64,000 bases of DNA from an uncultured Thermodesulfobacteriota bacterium (GTDB lineage: Bacteria; Desulfobacterota; DSWW01): positions 125,859-189,858 of the forward strand of contig CAYLMK010000001.1 in NCBI GenBank assembly GCA_964384945.1, written 5' to 3'. Of the stretch, positions 9,699 to 17,182 are shown piece after piece (position 1 is the first letter of the stretch; each line of letters begins with the position of its first letter). The notes under the pieces are model-generated. The model was not told where the DNA came from. It searched no databases and was given only the letters and a program-made list of their open reading frames with translations. Position numbers and translations under genes: made by a program.

Positions 9699-9774
9699 GG
9701 GGATGTAGCTCAGCTGGGAGAGCACCACGTTCGCAACGTGGGGGTCGGCGGTTCGAATCCGCTCATCTCCACCA
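9699..9774 (+). tRNA. tRNA-Ala (anticodon CGC)
   Basis: GGGGATGTAGCTCAGCTGGGAGAGC...anticodon loop TTCGCAA...TTCGAATCC...ACCA. G3-U70 wobble in the acceptor stem (Ala identity element). Encoded CCA. Confidence 0.85.
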
Positions 9775-9965
9775 GAAACGACCGAAGATCCTGCCGCCAC
9801 GGGAGTCCTTGAGGCTCGTGCTGACCGGGCAGTCCATCCGATCCGTGCTTCCGCGCCAACGAGAATCGAGAAGCCGCCCCGCGTGATTTGCGCATGGGGC
9901 GCGGCAAGCACGGGGTCCGCACGCCACGGCGGCCCCCAAAGGAGAGGGTAGGCCGGCAAGAGGCC

Positions 9966-12461
9966 ATGATGGATACGCTCCCTCCAGACGTCCAGGTCTG
10001 CCTCCCCCTACCGATCGACGAACCGCTGACCTACCTCTGGCCCTCCTCCCTTCTTTCCCCTCCCGCCGTCGGTCTGCGGGTCCTGGTGCCCCTCGGCAAG
10101 AGGCGTGTTACCGGGTATGTGGTGGGAACGAAACCTGTACCGGTGCGTTCCGGCGCAGACTCCCCGAAGAGCTATCCGCTGAAACCGGTCGTGTCGGTGC
10201 TCGACGACGAGCCGCTTTTCGGCGACCGGGAACTCCGGTTCTTCGAATGGGTGTCCCGATACTACATCAGCCCGCTGGGCGATGTGCTGCGGGCAGCCCT
10301 GCCGGGCTCGATGAACGTGCGGAGCTGCCGGGCGGTACGAATCCTGCCGCAGGGCATGCTGGCCCTGAAACATGGCCTCTTCCTCACCGGGCAGGAGGCG
10401 GACATCCTGAGGCACCTGGAACGAGGCGGAAGATTGACGCTGCGGGCTCTCCGGCAGAAGGCGGCCCGGCCCGTCGACAGGGTCTTGGAAGGCCTGGAAG
10501 AGAAGGGGTTCCTCGAGCGGGTCCAGCTCTTCAAAGGGGGGCAGGCGAAGAGCGGAGCCGGCCGGGGCCTCCTCTGCCTGTCCGTTCCTCCCTCCCCGCC
10601 GCCGTTGGAGGAATGGATCTCCCTCCTGCCCAGGACCGAGGCTCGCATTGTGGAGCATCTGGCGCGCGAAGGGCCCTGTTCCGTTGCGGAGCTGCAAAGG
10701 GCCGTTCCGAGGTCCTCACAGGCCATGGACCGCCTTGCGGAGAAGGGCTTCATCGAGCGGATGCAAGGGCACGCGTCGGACGAGGCGGCGCCGGAGCCCT
10801 TCCGGCCGGTCCCTCCTCCGAGCCTGACGCCGGAGCAGGAAAGGGCCGTCTCCGCGATCGCCCCGTGCATCGACGGAAACTCCTTTCATTCCTTCCTCCT
10901 GCATGGAGTGACGAGCAGCGGCAAGACGGAGGTCTACCTGCAGGTCATCGACAGGGCCCTGAAGGCGGGCAAGGACGCTTTGGTGCTGGTTCCGGAGATC
11001 GGGCTCACGCCGCAGACCCTCCATCGGTTCTCTTCGCGTTTCGGAACCCGGGTTGCCGTGCTCCACTCGGGGCTTGTCGAAAGGGAGCGGCTGGACTTCT
11101 GGTGGAAGATACGGCGGGGACAGGCTCGCATCGCAATCGGCGCCCGTTCCGCCATCTTCGCCCCGTTCCGGAATCTGGGCGTGGTCGTGGTGGACGAGGA
11201 GCATGACCCTTCGTACAAGCAGCAGGATCGTATCCGTTACAACGCCAGGGACCTCGCGCTCGTTCGGGGTCAGCGGGAAAAGGCGGTCGTGATCCTGGGT
11301 TCGGCAACGCCCTCGCTCGAGTCCTACTACAACGCAAGACAGGGAAAGAGCGCGCTCCTCAAGCTGACCGAACGGATCGAAGCAAGGCCTCAACCCGAGG
11401 TCGTTCCGGTCGACATGCGCCGTCCATCCTCCCACGGGTCGCCCCGGAGCTCCCTTTCTCTCCCTCTTCAGGAGGCCCTGGTCCGCAACTGGGAGCAAGG
11501 AGGGAAGAGCCTGCTCTTTCTCAATCGACGCGGGTATGCGAACACCCTGGTCTGCAGGGATTGCGGCCACGCGGTCCGATGCCCTCACTGCAGCGTGAGC
11601 CTCACCCTGCACCGGGCGAAGAAGCGCATGTGTTGCCACTACTGCGACCACCAGCAGATTCCCCCTTCCCGGTGTCCCGCATGCCAGGGTCCGAACGTTC
11701 AACCCGTGGGCAAGGGCACGGAGCGGATTGAGGAGGAAATCGGGGCACTTCTTCCCGAGGCCCGGATCGGTCGAATGGACCGGGATACGACACACAGGAG
11801 AGGAGAACACGAGAGAATCCTCAAGCGCTTCAAGGGAGAGGAGTTGGATATCCTGGTGGGAACCCAGATGATCGCCAAAGGGCACGACATTCCGGCCGTC
11901 ACGCTGGTGGGCGTCGTCCTTGCGGATGTTTCCCTGGACCTCCCGGATTTTCGGGCGGCCGAGCGGACCCTGCAGCTCCTCATGCAGGTGGCCGGCAGGG
12001 CGGGACGGGGTCCCCGGCCGGGTCGGGTTTTGATCCAGAGCTATCATCCGGATCATCCCTGTATCGAATCCGTGCGTCTTCACGATTTCCAGCGATTCTA
12101 CGAACAAGAAATCGCAACGCGCAGAGAACTCGACTATCCCCCGTTCTGCAGGATGGTGAACCTTCGCATCACCGGAACCGGAGAGGAGGCGGCACGGGAA
12201 GCCGCCCGCCGGATGGGAGAGACCGCGCGTGCGATCCGAGAAGAAAGAGACCCCGTTTACAGGGACATCGAGATGCTCGGTCCGTCGCTCGCACCCCTTG
12301 CAAAGCTGCGGGATCGATTCCGGTTCCATTGCTTCCTGAAGGGAAAGGCACCGGGACCGCTTCATGACTTCACGCGGGAGATCATCGCCCGGCGCGGGAA
12401 GTTCCTTTCATCGAGAAGCCTGCATCTCGAAATCGACGTGGACCCGGTCCAGGTATTGTAG
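9966..12461 (+). CDS. priA: primosomal protein N' (replication restart helicase PriA)
   Basis: Helicase Walker A/B motifs (GVTSSGKTEVY, VVVDEEHD), Cys-rich zinc-binding region (CRDCGH...CPHCSVSL...CHYCDH...CPACQG) and C-terminal helicase domain. ATG at 9966 with AAGAGG RBS. Confidence 0.9.
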   Translation: MMDTLPPDVQVCLPLPIDEPLTYLWPSSLLSPPAVGLRVLVPLGKRRVTGYVVGTKPVPVRSGADSPKSYPLKPVVSVLDDEPLFGDRELRFFEWVSRYYISPLGDVLRAALPGSMNVRSCRAVRILPQGMLALKHGLFLTGQEADILRHLERGGRLTLRALRQKAARPVDRVLEGLEEKGFLERVQLFKGGQAKSGAGRGLLCLSVPPSPPPLEEWISLLPRTEARIVEHLAREGPCSVAELQRAVPRSSQAMDRLAEKGFIERMQGHASDEAAPEPFRPVPPPSLTPEQERAVSAIAPCIDGNSFHSFLLHGVTSSGKTEVYLQVIDRALKAGKDALVLVPEIGLTPQTLHRFSSRFGTRVAVLHSGLVERERLDFWWKIRRGQARIAIGARSAIFAPFRNLGVVVVDEEHDPSYKQQDRIRYNARDLALVRGQREKAVVILGSATPSLESYYNARQGKSALLKLTERIEARPQPEVVPVDMRRPSSHGSPRSSLSLPLQEALVRNWEQGGKSLLFLNRRGYANTLVCRDCGHAVRCPHCSVSLTLHRAKKRMCCHYCDHQQIPPSRCPACQGPNVQPVGKGTERIEEEIGALLPEARIGRMDRDTTHRRGEHERILKRFKGEELDILVGTQMIAKGHDIPAVTLVGVVLADVSLDLPDFRAAERTLQLLMQVAGRAGRGPRPGRVLIQSYHPDHPCIESVRLHDFQRFYEQEIATRRELDYPPFCRMVNLRITGTGEEAAREAARRMGETARAIREERDPVYRDIEMLGPSLAPLAKLRDRFRFHCFLKGKAPGPLHDFTREIIARRGKFLSSRSLHLEIDVDPVQVL

Positions 12462-12489
12462 CCGCGGACGGGCGTTCTCGCGCCGGCTG

Positions 12490-12756
12490 CTAATCTTCGG
12501 AAACGAAGGAGAAAAGGGCAAACAGCAGAAGGAGAAAGCCGCTGAAGAAGTACAGGAAGAGGAAAGGGCTCGAGCCTTCGAAGTTCGAGAAGAACACATC
12601 TTTGTTGTAGATGAATCCCCAGTAAAAGGTAAAGCAGAAGGTTATGGACAGGCCGAGCTTGTACCTCGCAAAAAGGAGGCAGAACGACATCAGGGCGATG
12701 AACAGGGCCATGTGGACAACAGGTATCGTGAGCTGCATGTCTTGTAGGTGTTCCAT
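12490..12756 (-). CDS. small hydrophobic membrane protein (88 aa, 2-3 TM), hypothetical
   Basis: MEHLQDMQLTIPVVHMALFIALMSFCLLF.... Lower GC than its flanks. Sits directly downstream of a consensus sigma-54 promoter. Confidence 0.45.
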   Translation of the reverse strand: MEHLQDMQLTIPVVHMALFIALMSFCLLFARYKLGLSITFCFTFYWGFIYNKDVFFSNFEGSSPFLFLYFFSGFLLLLFALFSFVSED

Positions 12757-12794
12757 GGTTCGTCGATCTGCGCGGAAACGCGTGAGTCGAATCT

Positions 12795-12826
12795 GGGCCG
12801 GAGAAAAAGCAAACGTCGTGCCAAGG
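12795..12826 (-). promoter_or_regulatory. sigma-54 (RpoN) promoter: TTGGCACG-N4-TTGCT on the minus strand
   Basis: The reverse complement of 12809-12826 reads CCTTGGCACGACGTTTGC, a perfect -24 GG / -12 GC spacing. It lies about 40 nt upstream of the small membrane ORF start. Confidence 0.6.
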
Positions 12827-13139
12827 CCCCCCGCGCTCATGCCTCAACAGCCGGTCGCCCGGCTCCCTCGTCGGGCCAGGAGGCCCGTCTTCCCGGATCT
12901 GTTGACCCGATCGAGGGTTCTGTGAGAACATTTTTTTCCTGACGGTCGACCGGGAAGAGGCGCTGCGGCGAATCCCCTCCCCTTCCCGGCGGGAATCGGG
13001 ACGTATCGCGTTACGTTTTTCGACTCCTTGTTTCCATTTTGCTCTCCGCCGCGCTTCCGTTCCGATCTCCGGTGACGGGGCGTCCCTGCGATATCCCCTC
13101 GAATCGAAGGCTGAATGAAAGGGGGAGTTCGAGAAACGG

Positions 13140-14084
13140 ATGGGTGGACGAAATTGTATTCAAAGGCTTGCCGGAGTGACGGCCGCATTGCTGTGCATTT
13201 TCGCAGGCACACCCGCGCTCCGGGCCGGATCCAAGGCGGCCGTCGTGGTCCGTGACAGGCTCTGCGTTCCGGGCGAGGAGACCACCATCGAGGCAACCCT
13301 CTATCGAGGCGGTCTCTTCGGCCTGTTCACGGAAGGCGTTCAGGGGGAGCTGCTTTGCTTTTTCGATCCTCAGGGGAATCCCCTCGACAATCGGCTCACC
13401 GACCCGTCCGGCTCCGCCAGAACCCGCTTCACGGTCGGCGCTGCCGGCCGATATACGGTGACGGTGCGTCTGGCCGACAACCCGCGCTATTCGGCCGAGC
13501 CTGCGGCAGGGCTCCTGTTCGTCCGGGAGAGAGAGACGCCCCTGCTCTTCGTCATGGTCGAGTCCGGCCTCATGCCCCGGATCTCGGCGCCGTGGCCCGT
13601 GAGGGACTTGAAGGAGATTGCGGCCGAGCCCAGCTCGGCGGAGGCGCTCTCCGAGGTCGCCGGATGCCGCGTGCTGGTCTACCTCACCCAGACTCCCAGG
13701 CCGTCGGCAGAGCGCGTGCGGTCCTGGCTGACAGACAGAGGCTATCCGCCGGGCCCCCTCGCATTCCTGGATCCTCCTGCCTGGATCGCCATGCTGTCCG
13801 AAGCCCCCGCGATGAAGACGACGGTGCTCGAATCCTTCTGGAAGGAGCGGTCCGTGCCCGCCCACCTGCTGACCCGCGACCGCGGCATGGCGGAGGCGGC
13901 CGCAGGCAAGGGTTTCCACGTGCTGCTCCTGGCGCCGGAAGCGCCGGCCGGCGAGGCGTCCCCGGAGCGGGGAAGGCAGGAAGACGAGCGGCGGGAAAAG
14001 GGGAAGGGGGAAAACATCGAATCCTTTGCGGACTGGTCGGCGCTCCCTGTGATCTGCCGCTGCAAGCCAGGGAAGAGCGGCTAG
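13140..14084 (+). CDS. secreted hypothetical protein (signal peptide; N-terminal beta-sandwich-like region)
   Basis: N-terminal signal peptide MGGRNCIQRLAGVTAALLCIFAGTPALRAG. No recognizable catalytic motif. Confidence 0.45.
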   Translation: MGGRNCIQRLAGVTAALLCIFAGTPALRAGSKAAVVVRDRLCVPGEETTIEATLYRGGLFGLFTEGVQGELLCFFDPQGNPLDNRLTDPSGSARTRFTVGAAGRYTVTVRLADNPRYSAEPAAGLLFVRERETPLLFVMVESGLMPRISAPWPVRDLKEIAAEPSSAEALSEVAGCRVLVYLTQTPRPSAERVRSWLTDRGYPPGPLAFLDPPAWIAMLSEAPAMKTTVLESFWKERSVPAHLLTRDRGMAEAAAGKGFHVLLLAPEAPAGEASPERGRQEDERREKGKGENIESFADWSALPVICRCKPGKSG

Positions 14085-14154
14085 CGGGCCGGCACACAAC
14101 GGCACCCGAGCCGCTGGTTTCTCATCACGCCCACATGGGCAGGAGGCTGGAATC

Positions 14155-14601
14155 ATGAAGAGTCTGAAGGAGATCGTCGCGGACCCCGCCCGAGCACACG
14201 ATGTGATGGCCGACAGCCTGCGATATCTGGACGAAGAAATCGCCAGGCGTTCCGGGATCGGCGGCATGGCGATCAAGGGGGCTTACAAGGTCATCAAGAA
14301 CATCCAGGGCGGGAAGATGATCGAGAAGGCTGTCCGGGTGCTCATCCCCGAATTCATCGACAAGCTGGACCCGTACTACCTTCGATTCCAGCAGGAGGGA
14401 AAGGGACAGCCGTGGGAAGAGTTCCTCCGGCCCCACTACCCTGCCCTCGCAGACGAGCTCCTTGCCGTTACGGACCGAAAGATCCAGGGAACGGACAACC
14501 GTGCGGTTCGCGGGGCCTACGAAAAGCTCCGGCCCAGGGCGCAAAAGGAGGTCATGGCCTCGCTGCCTTCTCTGACCCGTTGGATGGAACGCTACATCTG
14601 A
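14155..14601 (+). CDS. hypothetical protein (148 aa)
   Basis: Clean ORF with ATG and coding-like GC3. No motif recognized. Confidence 0.45.
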   Translation: MKSLKEIVADPARAHDVMADSLRYLDEEIARRSGIGGMAIKGAYKVIKNIQGGKMIEKAVRVLIPEFIDKLDPYYLRFQQEGKGQPWEEFLRPHYPALADELLAVTDRKIQGTDNRAVRGAYEKLRPRAQKEVMASLPSLTRWMERYI

Positions 14602-15362
14602 CCGGGCGGGATTTCTCCGCCGTTCCTCGTGAGTTCATAGAGCTTCGCGTACTTGACGAACTCGTGGAATGCGGACAGAACGCTTGCGACCAGTCCCGGG
14701 ACCCCGTCCAGGAACCCGCGTTTTCCGACGTATTGTTGCAGGAACATGAAGAGGGGGCTGCCCAGCAACCGGGCGAGGGAGAAGGGTCTGCCGGAGCGGG
14801 CAAGCGAGGCGGCGCTCAGGCCCGTGTATCGCTGAATCGTCTCGAGGTGTTCCCGGATGCTGGGAAAGGAGTAGTGGAGCAAGGGGTGTCGCAGTCTCCC
14901 GCACGGCCCGTCCAGAAGAACCGTTTCGTGCACATCCTGTTCGCCCCAGCGGCCGAGCGCCTTCTGAAACAGCCGCACCTTCAAGTCCGGATACCAGCAG
15001 TGGCGGAGGAATCGCCCCAGATAGCGGGTCATTCTCGGTATCCGATAGCCGGCGAGGTCCGGATCGCGGCTCAGGGTGGACCGGATCTCTTCGGCAAGCT
15101 CGGGGCTCACCACTTCGTCCGCATCCAGGCTCAGCACCCACGGATGGGAAGCCTCCCGGAGTGCAAGCGTCTTCTGCCTTGCATACCCCTGCCACGCGTG
15201 CTGGAAAACCTTTGCCCCGTAACGCCTGGCGATCTGGAGGGAGCGATCGGTGGAGAACGAATCCAGCACCACGATTTCATCGGCCCACGGAACCGCGGAC
15301 AGACACTCCCCCAGGATTGCTTCCTCGTTGAAACAGATGACGACGACCGAGAGCCTTGCCAT
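14592..15362 (-). CDS. family 2 glycosyltransferase (LPS core/KdtX-WaaE-like)
   Basis: MARLSVVVICFNEE...VLDSFSTD...LSLDADE (DxD) GT2 motifs. GGAGG RBS. The track N-terminal 47 aa were rejected. Confidence 0.75.
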   Translation of the reverse strand: MARLSVVVICFNEEAILGECLSAVPWADEIVVLDSFSTDRSLQIARRYGAKVFQHAWQGYARQKTLALREASHPWVLSLDADEVVSPELAEEIRSTLSRDPDLAGYRIPRMTRYLGRFLRHCWYPDLKVRLFQKALGRWGEQDVHETVLLDGPCGRLRHPLLHYSFPSIREHLETIQRYTGLSAASLARSGRPFSLARLLGSPLFMFLQQYVGKRGFLDGVPGLVASVLSAFHEFVKYAKLYELTRNGGEIPPGQM

Positions 15363-15459
15363 GGGTTCCTCCCCTTTCCGGCCTACGAAGTAGGAATCCG
15401 AGGCGCAACGCTCCTCGCTCCACGGAACGAAAAACCGGGGGATCGTGCTCGGAACGAGG

Positions 15460-15975
15460 CTAGGATCGGGAACTCGGGAGGGAAACCTTTTTGTGTTCGT
15501 CAAAGGCGTGCATATGTTTTCCGCCGTCCCAGAGCAGGAAGAAATCCGTAAGGACCTTGTTGTCCCTGTACATGTCCCTTGCCTGCAGCATCTTCGTAAT
15601 GATCCCGTCCAGCCGGTCGAAATCCTCCCTCATCTCCTGCAGGGTCACGTCCAGAACATGCTCGGTCTTCTGCATGGGATAGCCCTGTTCGATCATGTGC
15701 TGCGCCTCGACCAGAATGTTGGCCGCGTGCATCAGCGAAGCGACCTTGGAGCGCAACGAGATTTCATATTCGTTGGCAAGGATCTTCTCCGAGGGGTCGT
15801 CGCCCTTCTTGAACAGCTCGTCCCAGCAATACTTGGCGGCTCGCAGTTCCGCCGCAACGATCTGAAAGAGGCCTTCATACTCGATCTCGGACTTGATCAG
15901 GCTCTGAGAACGCAGGATACTTGCAAACATATCTTTGATAAAATGGTTCATGTTTTTCTTGACGTGGAGTTTCAT
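15460..15975 (-). CDS. hypothetical protein, His/Glu-rich (possibly hemerythrin-like metal-binding), low-GC
   Basis: Visibly lower GC than its neighbours. Motifs H..E / HAFDEH. Overlaps the unused 5' part of the dus track ORF. Confidence 0.4.
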   Translation of the reverse strand: MKLHVKKNMNHFIKDMFASILRSQSLIKSEIEYEGLFQIVAAELRAAKYCWDELFKKGDDPSEKILANEYEISLRSKVASLMHAANILVEAQHMIEQGYPMQKTEHVLDVTLQEMREDFDRLDGIITKMLQARDMYRDNKVLTDFFLLWDGGKHMHAFDEHKKVSLPSSRS

Positions 15976-16036
15976 GAGGCAGGCCCTGCCAGGAGTTCCC
16001 CTATACGGCGCGGAACCCATGCTCGGTTTCTTGCGG

Positions 16037-17143
16037 ATGCATGATTTTCATAATAGGAGACTTCTTTCAACCGTGTCAAGACAGGGAGGCCCTGCCGACG
16101 GGCAAAGCGGGCGTCGCCGGAAGGACGCAGCGTCCGAGGATCGCATCGGGGTGCTGAAGATCGGCTCCGTCCGGATCCCGAATCCCATTGCCCTGGCTCC
16201 CATGGCCGGATTCACGGACACCAGTGCGCGCAGGATCGCGAAGCGGTTCGGCGCCGGGCTGGTGTACAGCGAAATGATGAGCGCGGCCGGCCTGGTGAGA
16301 AGGCAGCCCGCGACGCTGGCCATGCTCGCCTTCCATGCGGAGGAGCAGCCCTACGGCGTGCAGATTTTCGGAGCCGAGCCGGCCGAGATGGCCGATGCGG
16401 CCCGGCTCGTCCAGGACCGGGGCGCCTCGATCGTGGACATCAACATGGGCTGCCCGGTCAAACGGGTTTGCCGGAACGGGGCGGGAGCGGCGCTGCTTCG
16501 CCGACCGAGGCAGGTGGAAGCGATCCTGCGGGAGGTCCGAAGGGCGGTGACCTGCCCTGTCACGGTCAAGATGCGCCTTGGCTGGGACACAACGGATCTC
16601 TCCGTCCTGGAAGTTTCCCGGATCGCGGAGGAGCAGGGGGTGGACGCGATCACGCTTCACCCTCGAACGCGGGCGCAAGGATATGCGGGAAGGGCCGACT
16701 GGTCCTGGGTTGCCCGCCTCAAGCAGGAGCGGGGGATTCCCATCATCGGAAACGGGGATCTGGTCGAACCGCAGGGATGCGCAGCCGCGCTGGCAAGCGG
16801 ATGCTGCGACGGCATTATGATCGGCCGCGCCGCAAGGGGTCATCCCTGGATTTTCTCGCAGACCCTGGAGGTCCTCTCGGGACGCGAGCCGGCCGAGCCT
16901 TCGCTCGAATTGCGCTACGGGGCGATCCTCCTGCACATGGAGTGGCTCTTCTCACAGTACGGAAGAGAACAGGGGCTGCGCAGAATGCGCTTTCTGCTCT
17001 TCCAGTACGTTCGGGGATTGCCCGGAGCGGCCCGGTTCCGCCGGGATCTCGTCCGGCAGCCGAGCGAGGAAGCCCTCAAAGCGCTTCTGCGAGCTCACTT
17101 CCTCGAAGGGGCCTCCGGCGGGGCGGACCTGCAGGAATCGTAG
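16037..17143 (+). CDS. dus: tRNA-dihydrouridine synthase (DusB-like)
   Basis: IALAPMAGFTD, DINMGCP, TVKMRLGWD and HPRTR motifs of Dus TIM-barrel flavoenzymes. Start uncertain: ATG 16037, or GTG 16073 after an AGGAGA RBS. Confidence 0.8.
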   Translation: MHDFHNRRLLSTVSRQGGPADGQSGRRRKDAASEDRIGVLKIGSVRIPNPIALAPMAGFTDTSARRIAKRFGAGLVYSEMMSAAGLVRRQPATLAMLAFHAEEQPYGVQIFGAEPAEMADAARLVQDRGASIVDINMGCPVKRVCRNGAGAALLRRPRQVEAILREVRRAVTCPVTVKMRLGWDTTDLSVLEVSRIAEEQGVDAITLHPRTRAQGYAGRADWSWVARLKQERGIPIIGNGDLVEPQGCAAALASGCCDGIMIGRAARGHPWIFSQTLEVLSGREPAEPSLELRYGAILLHMEWLFSQYGREQGLRRMRFLLFQYVRGLPGAARFRRDLVRQPSEEALKALLRAHFLEGASGGADLQES

Positions 17144-17182
17144 GGGTGTCCCGTCCGCAGGGCTCGCTCAGCAAGGGGAGGG

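Noticed and set aside
10716-12365. 549-aa minus-strand ORF
   Set aside because: Antisense to priA, with no motifs.
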